NCBI GenBank assembly: GCA_963744145.1
Contig: CAVUSO010000001.1
Span: 896,001 to 960,000, forward strand
Direction of reading: 5' to 3'
DNA from: an uncultured cyanobacterium
GTDB lineage: Bacteria; Cyanobacteriota; Cyanobacteriia; Cyanobacteriales; CAWUOF01
Length of the DNA stretch: 64,000 bases
Each line of letters opens with the position of its first letter. Position 1 is the stretch's first letter. Below the pieces are notes generated by a model. The model was given only the letters and a program-made list of their open reading frames with translations, did not search any database and was not told the origin of the DNA. Shown in pieces: positions 8,113-18,205 of this stretch. Position numbers and translations under genes: made by a program.

Positions 8113-9087
8113 ATGTCCATTGATAACCTATGTAAACTCATCGCCGAAAAATATCCAGCTGCTTTTGCCACTTGGATTTTAGGTGAATCGCAGCCGAGCG
8201 TGCAAGTTTTAAAAACCGAACTGAGTATCGAACCAATCCGAGCCGATTCCGTGATCTTGCTGGAAACCACAGACCGGATCTTACATCTAGAATTCCAGGT
8301 GAGACTAGAATCAGAGCCACCATTACCATTAAGAATGCTAGACTACTGGGTCAGGCTATATCGGTTATACCGCAAACCAATCATCCAAGTCATAATTTTA
8401 TTACTACCACCCAGGGAAGGAACAGTAATAGAAACGGCATTTGTGTTCGGAACAACTTACCATGAGTATCGGGTAATTCGACTGTGGGAAGAAGACCCAA
8501 AGATATTTCTGTCTGATCTAGCGTTACTACCCTTAGCAGTATTAACCACCACATCTCAACCAGAACAGTTGCTAGCACAAGTGGCAGAACAAGTGGATAG
8601 AATAGAATCAGTTACAGAGCAACGAGAAGTATCCGCATACATCCAAATCTTGGCGGGATTAAAGTTTAATCAACAAATTTTGCATCGATTATTTCAGGAG
8701 AATGCCATGCGAGAATCAGTAATTTATCAGGAGATTTTGCAGGTCGGTCGAGAAGAAGGACGACTTGAAGGACGACAAGAAGGACAACGATCAGGACGAC
8801 TTGAAGGACGACTTGAAGGACGACTTGAAGGACGACTTGAAGGACGACTTGAAGGACGACTTGAAGGACGACTTGAAGGACGACTTGAAGGACGACTTGA
8901 AGGACGTTTGCAGGAACGACGCTTATTGGTAGAAAATTTGCTGCGGATTCGGTTTGGCTCTTTAGAACCAGAACTGGCTCAGATGATTGAACCAATGATT
9001 CAGTTATCAACCGATGAGTTAGTTCCCTTACTCTATCAATTATCTCAGACTGAACTTTTGGCCAGATTTACTCCCCATCAGAATTAA
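8113..9087 (+). CDS. Rpn family nuclease, copy 2 (14 VNTR units)
   Basis: Near-identical to copy 1; includes (GRLE)9. Confidence 0.9.
   Translation: MSIDNLCKLIAEKYPAAFATWILGESQPSVQVLKTELSIEPIRADSVILLETTDRILHLEFQVRLESEPPLPLRMLDYWVRLYRLYRKPIIQVIILLLPPREGTVIETAFVFGTTYHEYRVIRLWEEDPKIFLSDLALLPLAVLTTTSQPEQLLAQVAEQVDRIESVTEQREVSAYIQILAGLKFNQQILHRLFQENAMRESVIYQEILQVGREEGRLEGRQEGQRSGRLEGRLEGRLEGRLEGRLEGRLEGRLEGRLEGRLEGRLQERRLLVENLLRIRFGSLEPELAQMIEPMIQLSTDELVPLLYQLSQTELLARFTPHQN
8746..8913 (+). repeat. 12-bp coding VNTR (GGACGACTTGAA and variants); other copies at 7308-7391, 9962-10081, 11102-11257, 12305-12376
   Basis: Read directly from the sequence; unit counts 7/14/10/13/6 account for protein lengths 296/324/308/320/292. 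Confidence 0.95.
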
Positions 9088-9328
9088 GCCAATTTCCCCC
9101 CTGGCGATCGGTCAACCTGGCCAAATTTCCGGTTTAATCAAGCCACCGGAGTGATCGCCAAATCCCTGTCACTAACAACTTACCCATCCGATCGCCCTAG
9201 ACTCGAACTAGGAGGCGATCGCGATTCACAAAAGTGGGGAAAACTGGGAGCGCGATCGGCTGAAATAGTTGCGTAAAGAGGTAGCGATCGACTAAAATGC
9301 CTGCTCCTCAAGTAGAGCAGCATGAATC

Positions 9329-10255
9329 ATGTCCATTGATAACCTATGTAAACTCATCGCCGAAAAATATCCAGCTGCTTTTGCCACTTGGATTTTAGGT
9401 GAATCGCAGCCGAGCGTACAAGTCTTAAAAACCGAACTGAGTATCGAACCAATTCGAGCCGATTCCGTGATCTTGCTGGAAACCACAGACCGGATCTTAC
9501 ATCTAGAATTCCAGGTGAGACTAGAATCAGAGCCACCATTACCATTAAGAATGCTAGATTATTGGGTCAGGCTATATCGGTTATACCGCAAACCAATCAT
9601 CCAAGTCATAATTTTATTACTACCACCCAGGGAAGGAACAGTAATTGAAACGGCATTTGTGTTCGGAACAACTTACCATGAGTATCGGGTAATTCGACTG
9701 TGGGAAGAAGACCCGAAGATATTTCTGTCTGATCTAGCGTTACTACCCTTAGCAGCATTAACCGCCACATCTCAACCAGAACAGTTGCTAGCACAAGTGG
9801 CAGAACAAGTGGATAGAATAGAATCAGTTACAGAGCAGCGAGAAGTATCCGCATACATCCAAATCTTGGCGGGATTAAAGTTTAATCAACAAATTTTGCA
9901 TCGATTATTTCAGGAGAATGCCATGCGAGAATCAGTAATTTATCAGGAGATTTTGCAGGTCGGTCGAGCAGAAGGACGACAAGAAGGACTAATGGAAGGA
10001 CAACGGTCAGGACGACAAGAAGGACGACTTGAAGGACGACTTGAAGGACGACAAGAAGGACAACAAGAAGGACGTTTGCAGGAACGACGCTTATTGGTAG
10101 AAAATTTGCTGCGGATTCGGTTTGGCTCTTTAGAACCAGAACTGGCTCAGATGATTGAACCAATGATTCAGTTATCAACCGATGAGTTAGTTCCCTTACT
10201 CTATCAATTATCTCAGACTGAACTTTTGGCCAGATTTACTCCCCATCAGAATTAA
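9329..10255 (+). CDS. Rpn family nuclease, copy 3 (10 VNTR units)
   Basis: Near-identical to copy 1. Confidence 0.9.
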   Translation: MSIDNLCKLIAEKYPAAFATWILGESQPSVQVLKTELSIEPIRADSVILLETTDRILHLEFQVRLESEPPLPLRMLDYWVRLYRLYRKPIIQVIILLLPPREGTVIETAFVFGTTYHEYRVIRLWEEDPKIFLSDLALLPLAALTATSQPEQLLAQVAEQVDRIESVTEQREVSAYIQILAGLKFNQQILHRLFQENAMRESVIYQEILQVGRAEGRQEGLMEGQRSGRQEGRLEGRLEGRQEGQQEGRLQERRLLVENLLRIRFGSLEPELAQMIEPMIQLSTDELVPLLYQLSQTELLARFTPHQN

Positions 10256-10468
10256 GCCAATTTCCCCCCTGGCGATCAGTCAACCTGGCCAAATTTCCGG
10301 TTTAATCAAGCCAAGGAGCGATCGCCAAATCCCTGTCACTAACAACTCACCCATCCGATCGCGATTCACAAATATGGGAGAACCTGGGAGCGCGATCGGC
10401 TGAAATAGTTGCGTAAAGAGGTAGCGATCGACTAAAATGCCTGCTCCTCAAGTAGAGCAGCATGAATC

Positions 10469-11431
10469 ATGTCCATTGATAACCTATGTAAACTCATCGC
10501 CGAAAAATATCCAGCTGCTTTTGCCACTTGGATTTTAGGTGAATCGCAGCCGAGCGTGCAAGTTTTAAAAACCGAACTGAGTATCGAACCAATCCGAGCC
10601 GATTCCGTGATCTTGCTGGAAACCACAGACCGGATCTTACATCTAGAATTCCAGGTGAGACTAGAATCCGAGCCACCATTACCATTAAGAATGCTAGACT
10701 ATTGGGTCAGGCTATATCGGTTATACCGCAAACCAATCATCCAAGTCATAATTTTATTACTACCACCCAGAGAAGGAACAGTAATAGAAACGGCATTTGT
10801 GTTCGGAACAACTTACCATGAGTATCGGGTAATTCGACTGTGGGAAGAAGACCCAAAGATATTTCTGTCTGATCTAGCGTTACTACCCTTAGCAGCATTA
10901 ACCGCCACATCTCAACCAGAACAGTTGCTAGCACAAGTGGCAGAACAAGTGGATAGAATAGAATCAGTTACAGAGCAGCGAGAAGTATCCGCATACATCC
11001 AAATCTTGGCGGGATTAAAGTTTAATCAACAAATTTTGCATCGATTATTTCAGGAGAATGCCATGCGAGAATCAGTAATTTATCAGGAGATTTTGCAGGT
11101 CGGTCGAGAAGAAGGACGACAAGAAGGACTACTGGAAGGACAACGGTCAGGACGACTTGAAGGACAACAAGAAGGACGACTTGAAGGACGACTTGAAGGA
11201 CTACTGGAAGGACAACGGTCAGGACGACAAGAAGGACAACAAGAAGGACGTTTGCAGGAACGACGCTTATTGGTAGAAAATTTGCTGCGGATTCGGTTTG
11301 GCTCTTTAGAACCAGAACTCGCTCAGATGATTGAACCAATGATTCAGTTATCAACCGATGAGTTAGTTCCCTTACTCTATCAATTATCTCAGACTGAACT
11401 TTTGGCCAGATTTACTCCCCATCAGAATTAA
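10469..11431 (+). CDS. Rpn family nuclease, copy 4 (13 VNTR units)
   Basis: Near-identical to copy 1. Confidence 0.9.
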   Translation: MSIDNLCKLIAEKYPAAFATWILGESQPSVQVLKTELSIEPIRADSVILLETTDRILHLEFQVRLESEPPLPLRMLDYWVRLYRLYRKPIIQVIILLLPPREGTVIETAFVFGTTYHEYRVIRLWEEDPKIFLSDLALLPLAALTATSQPEQLLAQVAEQVDRIESVTEQREVSAYIQILAGLKFNQQILHRLFQENAMRESVIYQEILQVGREEGRQEGLLEGQRSGRLEGQQEGRLEGRLEGLLEGQRSGRQEGQQEGRLQERRLLVENLLRIRFGSLEPELAQMIEPMIQLSTDELVPLLYQLSQTELLARFTPHQN

Positions 11432-11671
11432 GCCAATTTCCCCCCTGGCGATCAGTCAACCTGGCCAAATTTCCGGTTTAATCAAGCCAAGGAGCGATCG
11501 CCAAATCCCTGTCACTAACAACTCACCCATCCGATCGCCCTAGACTCGAACTAGGAGGCGATCGCGATTCACAAATATGGGAGAACCTGGGAGCGCGATC
11601 GGCTGAAATAGTTGCGTAAAACCGTAGCGATCGACTAAAATGCCTGCTCCTCAAGTAGAGCAGCATGAATC

Positions 11672-12550
11672 ATGTCCATTGATAACCTATGTAAACTCAT
11701 CGCCGAAAAATATCCAGCTGCTTTTGCCACTTGGATTTTAGGTGAATCGCAGCCGAGCGTGCAAGTTTTAAAAACCGAACTGAGTATCGAACCAATCCGA
11801 GCCGATTCCGTGATCTTGCTGGAAACCACAGACCGGATCTTACATCTAGAATTCCAGGTGAGACTAGAATCCGAGCCACCATTACCATTAAGAATGCTAG
11901 ACTACTGGGTCAGGCTATATCGGTTATACCGCAAACCAATCATCCAAGTCATAATTTTATTACTACCACCCAGAGAAGGAACAGTAATAGAAACGGCATT
12001 TGTGTTCGGAACAACTTACCATGAGTATCGGGTAATTCGACTGTGGGAAGAAGACCCAAAGATATTTCTGTCTGATCTAGCACTACTACCCTTAGCAGCA
12101 TTAAGCGCCACATCTCAACCAGAACAGTTGCTAGCACAAGTGGCACAACGAGTGGATAGAATAGAATCAGTTACAGAGCAGCGAGAAGTATCCGCATATA
12201 TCCAAATCTTGGCGGGATTAAAGTTTAATCAACAAATTTTGCATCGATTATTTCAGGAGAATGCCATGCGAGAATCAGTAATTTATCAGGAGATTTTGCA
12301 GGTCGGTCGAGCAGAAGGACGACAAGAAGGACTACTGGAAGGACAACGGTCAGGACAACAAGAAGGACGTTTGCAGGAACGACGCTTATTGGTAGAGAAT
12401 TTGCTGCGGATTCGGTTTGGCTCTTTAGAACCAGAACTGGCTCAGATGATTGAACCAATGATTCAGTTATCAACCGATGAGTTAGTTCCCTTACTCTATC
12501 AATTATCTCAGACTGAACTTTTGGCCAGATTTACTCCCCATCATAATTAA
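11672..12550 (+). CDS. Rpn family nuclease, copy 5 (6 VNTR units)
   Basis: Near-identical to copy 1; ends PHHN. Confidence 0.9.
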   Translation: MSIDNLCKLIAEKYPAAFATWILGESQPSVQVLKTELSIEPIRADSVILLETTDRILHLEFQVRLESEPPLPLRMLDYWVRLYRLYRKPIIQVIILLLPPREGTVIETAFVFGTTYHEYRVIRLWEEDPKIFLSDLALLPLAALSATSQPEQLLAQVAQRVDRIESVTEQREVSAYIQILAGLKFNQQILHRLFQENAMRESVIYQEILQVGRAEGRQEGLLEGQRSGQQEGRLQERRLLVENLLRIRFGSLEPELAQMIEPMIQLSTDELVPLLYQLSQTELLARFTPHHN

Positions 12551-12577
12551 GCCAATTTCCCCCCTGGCGATCGGTCA

Positions 12578-12961
12578 TTATGCTATTAACTCAATTGCTT
12601 CTTTTAAAACTTGATGAATGGTAGGTCTCTGGGTCGCAATCACGTCATTAGGTAAGTGCTTATGGTGTGGAAAATTAGGCAAATTTGGAAAATGAGGTGT
12701 ACTATCGTAGCGAAAAATAAGTTGATTTTGTTCGTTCTGAAAATGATAGCGGTAATCGAGAAATTTTAATTGATTGTCTACTACTAGGATCGCTTCATTA
12801 ATTTCTAATAGATGGGTCTGATTAAAACGCAATCTAATTCTGAGATTAGCCCGCTTTAGCTCTAAAATTTCTTCCTCATAGTGTTCAACATCAACATTGC
12901 TACATCGTTGAATTACCTGCTCAATTTGATCTAAATAATCAGATAAAATATTAAGCAGCAT
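12578..12961 (-). CDS. DUF6516 family (TumE-like) putative toxin
   Basis: YRYHFQ...LIFRYDSTPHFP...FPHHKH signature. Confidence 0.75.
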   Translation of the reverse strand: MLLNILSDYLDQIEQVIQRCSNVDVEHYEEEILELKRANLRIRLRFNQTHLLEINEAILVVDNQLKFLDYRYHFQNEQNQLIFRYDSTPHFPNLPNFPHHKHLPNDVIATQRPTIHQVLKEAIELIA

Positions 12962-13182
12962 AATTCAATCGCTGCGCTAGTTCCTGATGCAAAGCCAGAT
13001 AATGTCGATAGTCATTTGCCCATTCTATAAATAGGACATCATCGGCTAATAATCCCTGATTATATTTGGTCAAGAATTCTGCTGAGTCCATTTTTGCCTG
13101 GTTCTCATACAAACTGAGTCTTTTAGCGACTGCAACTAAGGCTGTCTAATGGTGATGTATATTTAATCGTCTTTTTACGCAT
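12951..13182 (-). pseudogene. Putative cognate antitoxin (TumA-like, 76 aa) with a +1 frameshift near 13143; absent from the ORF track
   Basis: Removing one base gives MRKKTIKYTSPLDALVAVAKRLSLYENQAKMDSAEF...FIEWANDYRHYLALHQEL...YAA*; its stop overlaps the toxin start (ATGCTGCTTAA). Confidence 0.7.
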
Positions 13183-13473
13183 TAGATTTTTCTATTTGTA
13201 AGGGATTGATCTTGGGTTACATATTTATTTAGATTTTAGCAAATTGATCTTAATTCTGATCGGCGAACCGCTTGACTACGAACCACTAGCGCTCAAAATA
13301 CGGGAAAAACTCAGATGGCGATCGCCCCAGAGATGACCAGAAAAATGAGGAATTTGGGAAAAAGGTGGTGTGAGCGATCGGCATCTTGCCTGTCCATCAA
13401 TTGATCGAATGAGACTTTAATGTCTATATTGGTCTATATTAGTCTACTTATTAATCTCAGACAGCAAAAACTT

Positions 13474-14292
13474 ATGGTTTGGCCATTTAATTCTAAGTTT
13501 CGTAAACAAATTGGGCGGATTGAAATTACTGGTATAATTGCTGGAGCTACTCGCAAACGGGTAATCGAAGCTCTCAAAAAAGTTGAAGAACGGAAATTTC
13601 CAGCTTTATTACTACGAATTGACAGTCCTGGTGGTACAGTAGGGGATTCCCAAGAAATTTATAGTGCATTAAAGCGACTCAGGGAAAAAATCAAAATAGT
13701 TGCTAGTTTTGGCAATATTTCCGCATCTGGAGGTGTTTACATCGGTATGGGTGCAGAATATATTATGGCCAATCCCGGGACAATTACTGGTAGTATTGGG
13801 GTAATTTTGCGGGGAAATAACCTAGAACGGCTCCTCGAAAAAATTGGAATTTCATTTAAAGTGATTAAATCCGGTCCATACAAAGATATTTTGGCTTTTG
13901 ATCGAGAGTTAACTGATCCAGAAAAAGATATCCTCCAACAATTAATCGATACCAGTTATCAGCAATTTGTGCAAACTGTAGCGGAAGGACGAAAGTTAGC
14001 GATCGATACAGTCAAGAGTTTTGCAGATGGAAGGATTTTTACGGGTGAGCAAGCTGTCGGCTTAGGAATTGTGGATCGACTGGGTACAGAAGAAGAAGCA
14101 CGTCGTTGGACTTGCGAATTAGTTGGTCTTGACCCAGAAAAGACTCGCTGCATTAATATTGAAGAGCGTAAACTTTCGTTCAATCGTTTACTTGGTAGTA
14201 ATCGGACTGGAACGGGACTGTTAGCTGCCAAAAATTGGGTGGAGTTTGAATTGTCAACGAGTGGTTTACCACTATGGTTGTATCGTCCTTAA
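13474..14292 (+). CDS. sppA: Signal peptide peptidase SppA (short form, S49)
   Basis: LRIDSPGG, SASGGVY, TGSIGV, SGPYKD motifs; start taken at MVWPF. Confidence 0.92.
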   Translation: MVWPFNSKFRKQIGRIEITGIIAGATRKRVIEALKKVEERKFPALLLRIDSPGGTVGDSQEIYSALKRLREKIKIVASFGNISASGGVYIGMGAEYIMANPGTITGSIGVILRGNNLERLLEKIGISFKVIKSGPYKDILAFDRELTDPEKDILQQLIDTSYQQFVQTVAEGRKLAIDTVKSFADGRIFTGEQAVGLGIVDRLGTEEEARRWTCELVGLDPEKTRCINIEERKLSFNRLLGSNRTGTGLLAAKNWVEFELSTSGLPLWLYRP

Positions 14293-14424
14293 TTTGCCAG
14301 TTAGTCAGTTATGAGAAGATAAATTAATCAATCTCGGTTGAAAAATTTATCTTCTGATTGACATGGAAAATTCAAAATAGAATAGCGGAAAGCTGAGTGC
14401 TATAGATAAATGGAGGATTTAAGC

Positions 14425-14808
14425 GTGGAGTGGAGAGTTCGGGCAATTCGTGGTGCCACAACCGTCTCAGAAAATTCGGTAGCAGCGATTCAGGAAGCGG
14501 TGACGGAACTGTTAGATGTGCTAGAAGAAAAAAATCAGTTACATCCGACCCAAATGATTAGTGTGACTTTTTCGGTTACTCGCGATCTAGATGTAATTTT
14601 TCCCGCAGCGATCGCTCGTCAACGTCCGCTCTGGGATCATGTGGCGCTATTGGATGTCCAACAAATGCAAGTCGAAGGAGCTTTACCACGCTGCATTCGG
14701 ATTTTAATCCATGTTAATCTCCCGGAAACCCAACTAGAAGTTTACCATCCCTATTTACGTGGAGCCAAAATTTTACGTCCCGATCGGATTGGCTCAGAAT
14801 TTTCTTGA
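14425..14808 (+). CDS. aroH: Chorismate mutase, AroH class
   Basis: VRAIRGATT, FPAAIAR, LPRCIR, LRPD; GGAGG before the GTG. Confidence 0.92.
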   Translation: MEWRVRAIRGATTVSENSVAAIQEAVTELLDVLEEKNQLHPTQMISVTFSVTRDLDVIFPAAIARQRPLWDHVALLDVQQMQVEGALPRCIRILIHVNLPETQLEVYHPYLRGAKILRPDRIGSEFS

Positions 14809-14862
14809 GGAAAATATCATGAATCAACATCGGTAAATTGTAAATTATTTGATTGACTTGCA

Positions 14863-15471
14863 ATGAATCCAGCACCAGAAATCCAACGCTTGTTAGAGCT
14901 AATGCCCGCATCGGGCCGGATGTTGACTAAAATTATCAGCAAACCAGAACAACATCAGGTGATTTCTAGTCCATTTCCCTTACCTTGGGCTAAAGAAAGA
15001 CCGATTTTGATCAATTTTGACCTCTGGAAACAAATACCTAAACCACAACGGGATCTAATTATGCTTCGGACTGTGGCTTGGTTAATTGGGATTAAGTGGT
15101 TGAAACTAGATCTATATCAAGGAATAGTTTTAGCTGGACTGTTGGGTGGATTAGTCGAATTAGTCCAAGGAGATCCGGTGGGTGTAGTTGTCGCGGGAGG
15201 ATTGAGTGCGATCGCGGGTAATCAAATTTGGCGTTCTCATCGACGCTCGCAGTCTGAACTAGAAGCAGATGAAGCGGCGATCGTAATTGCCCAGCGACGC
15301 GGTTATAATGAAACTGAAGCTGCGGCTCATTTACTCAAAGCAATTGAATCGATCGCCAAAGTTGAAGAACGTTTAAGTTTAAACTTTACTGAATTAATTC
15401 GTTGCCAAAATTTACGGGCGATCGCCAATATTTCTCCAGTTGGTATTCCCGAACATCTCAAAAAAGAATAA
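14863..15471 (+). CDS. DUF3318 family protein
   Basis: RLLELMPASGRM start and LIRCQNLRAIA end, typical of this cyanobacterial family. Confidence 0.75.
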   Translation: MNPAPEIQRLLELMPASGRMLTKIISKPEQHQVISSPFPLPWAKERPILINFDLWKQIPKPQRDLIMLRTVAWLIGIKWLKLDLYQGIVLAGLLGGLVELVQGDPVGVVVAGGLSAIAGNQIWRSHRRSQSELEADEAAIVIAQRRGYNETEAAAHLLKAIESIAKVEERLSLNFTELIRCQNLRAIANISPVGIPEHLKKE

Positions 15472-15476
15472 ATTCC

Positions 15477-17223
15477 TTATTGGCACCGATAAAGCTGGTA
15501 TTGATAACCATTTACTGATGCAGTTGAACTCAAATCAGCTAAACAATTTTGGTGCTTAAAATCTACCTGACCATGAAAATTTACCAGCCATAAATCAAAA
15601 GGACGAGAGATTTGACTCAGGTTTTTTTCTAATGTCATGACTGGGATTTTATCGTCATTGTTTTGATGAGCTAAAAGAAACATTGGGAACGAGTTATTAG
15701 TAACAGAAGTTTCTCTCATTTTAAATTCCCAAGCTAAACCCATTAATTCTCCTGTTTGGACATGGGTTTTATGAGTAGTAGCAATTAATACTGGTACTGT
15801 TGATCTAGTCTGAATAATCGGTACTAAAAGATCCGGACGATAGTATTTCTGATAACCCAGATTTGATACTACAGTGATAGCACTAGCTAAACCCATGAGC
15901 CAAATAATTGCGATCGCACGTTTTTTCTGGATGAATAATCCAGGATAAATAAGGATTTTGTTTTGATTTAGCGATCGGTAGCAAATTAGGTTTTTCTTGA
16001 CTCCAAATTTCAGCAAGACTCGCGCTAATTAAAATAATTATAGCTGGAAAATAAACAAAATTATAACGGGCTCCACGGGTAAGATCAATCCCAAGAATGT
16101 AGGTGAAAAAGAAAAATATCCCTACTGAAATAAATCCAATTCCAGCAAATACTTCTATATACAGTCGATTGCGGAATTTTTGGTATTGAGATTTTAATCC
16201 TTTATTCAGAATTGGTAATACCCATAAGAAAAAAATCGCCATCACGACAATAGAAATAATCGCAATTACTAAATTAGGTGATTCGATCGGTAACAAAAAT
16301 AACATCGTAATCCACGCTGCAAAAGCTTGGAAAAATGGACTAATCCAACCTATTCCACTACGCTCATTCAGATAAATCCATTGAACTAATTGCAGATCAT
16401 AGCTATTTTTCCAGATGGGAATCCAAATTAAACATCCCACTAAAGTACCAGTAGCAACAGCGATTAAACGTAGGAATATGATCGATTTTAACGGAAAACG
16501 CCAGCAAAAAATTAGTAAAACAATTCCTTCTGCTAAAATAGTAAATATAAAAAAGTAGTGAACAGCAACACCTAAACTATTAACTAAAATCCAACTTAAA
16601 CCTACCCAAATTGATAGGGAATTATGCTGATAAATACTTCTAATTGCCATAACTAAACAGCTTAGAGAAGCGATTACCAATAAAATTCCCAATGTGTAAT
16701 GACGCGCTTCCTGTGCTAGATAGATTCCATAGGGAGAAACAGCAGCGATCGCAGCAGCAATTTGACCTACTAATCGCGATCGAAAAGCTAACCAACCTAA
16801 TCCATACATCGCTGGAATTGATGCTGCACCAAATAGGGCACTTAGCGATCGGGCAATCCAAAGGACGGTTAATTTTCCTGGGATCGGAAAAAGTTTCATC
16901 CACCAATGAGCCAGAATAAAATAAACTGGTGGATGGTTACTTTCATGGAATAAATTATAAATTACATCGCCAATCCCTGTCTTGTTAAATTCTGGTTGTA
17001 ATGGTTGTAAAAGTACATCAATTCCGATCGCTTGATCTAGTGGAATCTGCTCGAAGCTATTTCCTAAACTAAAAACGATCGTGGAAAATTCATCTGTCCA
17101 TGGTGATTTTGATGCTAGATCTGTAAACCGCAGACCTATACCAATTAATAACCAGATTAACACTAAGAGGAAGTGCCGATCGCACATCCCGGAAATCTGG
17201 AGTGTTTGGGGTAGCGATCGCAT
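15477..17223 (-). CDS. GT-C fold membrane glycosyltransferase (family 39-like), split by a frameshift near 15921-15926
   Basis: WTDE, SNHPPVYF, AQEARHY motifs; the frame changes at an A6 run and continues as KRAIAIIWLMG...GYQKYYRPD. Confidence 0.8.
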
Positions 17224-17242
17224 TTTCCGGACTACTAAGATC

Positions 17243-17962
17243 TTAATGGCTTAACGGAACTGTATTAGCTTCTAAATAGGTTAATTCCGAGTGTTCCGCT
17301 ACTAAATCTGCTCTTCCACAATCCCAAGAAGAGATTGATTGGGAATCTAAGAGAATAAATTGTCCTTGCTTAGGACAAAAAGAAAAAACTTCTCCCGTTT
17401 GAATCTCGTAAATCCAAGCATGGATATGTAATTTGTTAGAACTTAATTTAGAGCGAATCACTGGATAAGTCCGCAGATTTTCGATTTGGGTCAGCACATT
17501 TTCCTGAATTGTGATATTTAATAACTTTGTGCCAGTATAGGAAGAGTAATTTTCCTTAATCACTCGACGAGTAGCTTCTGCTTGTTTTAACCATCCATAA
17601 ACTGAGGGCATTTCTTCTGCTAAATTGTTACCTAGATGTAATAGTCCTTTAATTGCACCACAGTCAGAATGTCCACAAACTATAATATTTTCAATCTCTA
17701 ACGCATGAATCGCATATTCGATCGCTGCTGCTTCTCCTCCATTGGTAGCATTATAAGGAGGAATGATGTTACCCACATTACGCATAATAAACAATTCTCC
17801 CGGCTCAGTTTGGGTAATTAGGTGAGGGTTAATCCGGGAGTCGGAGCAGGTAATAAACAAAGCTCGGGGATGCTGACCTAGGGAAAGTCGGGCAAATAGC
17901 TCTCGATGCGTAGTGAAATACTCACTTTGGAATTGGTGCAGACCTTCTATTAATCGCTCCAT
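17243..17962 (-). CDS. Beta-class carbonic anhydrase (CcaA/IcfA-like)
   Basis: Zn ligands in CSDSR and CGHSDCG; RNVGN. Confidence 0.92.
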   Translation of the reverse strand: MERLIEGLHQFQSEYFTTHRELFARLSLGQHPRALFITCSDSRINPHLITQTEPGELFIMRNVGNIIPPYNATNGGEAAAIEYAIHALEIENIIVCGHSDCGAIKGLLHLGNNLAEEMPSVYGWLKQAEATRRVIKENYSSYTGTKLLNITIQENVLTQIENLRTYPVIRSKLSSNKLHIHAWIYEIQTGEVFSFCPKQGQFILLDSQSISSWDCGRADLVAEHSELTYLEANTVPLSH

Positions 17963-18205
17963 TAATCACATCCTTACATATTTATGCACTAAAATACTAG
18001 ATTCCCTACTATAGTACATAAATCCCTGGAATGTAAAATGCTAATAAAACAACCTATGCAATTTTTGAATGGATTGTATACAATATCTACATAATTTTTA
18101 ATCAAGGGAATAATCACGGACGCCTTTGCCTAATAGTACATAAATTTCCCCAATCGCGAAACTAGATGTTATAAATCTTAACTAACTCTGCGTCAAAAAC
18201 CAAAG

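Larger units (their letters stand above)
6540..12577 (+). repeat. Head-to-tail tandem array of Rpn gene units (about 1.1-1.2 kb each; five complete, one truncated)
   Basis: Marker TGTCACTAA at 6540, 7645, 9167, 10334 and 11510; near-identical CDSs and spacers. Confidence 0.95.

Noticed and set aside
6638..12473. Repeated minus-strand ORFs within the Rpn array (MVSSKITES..., MITESLVQ...(VVLQ)n and others)
   Set aside because: These are antisense shadows. They recur only because the unit is duplicated, and the VVLQ run is the reverse complement of the VNTR.
6675..12550. Rpn copies as insertion sequences
   Set aside because: No terminal inverted repeats or target-site duplications surround the units, and they are strictly tandem. 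The 'transposase' label of this family is historical.
6540..12577. CRISPR array, integron cassette array or diversity-generating retroelement as an explanation of the repeats
   Set aside because: There are no unique spacers or distinct cassettes, no cas, integrase or reverse transcriptase genes, and the variation is not adenine-specific.
18077..18091. Possible NtcA site upstream of the carbonic anhydrase
   Set aside because: The spacing is GTA-N9-TAC, not N8.
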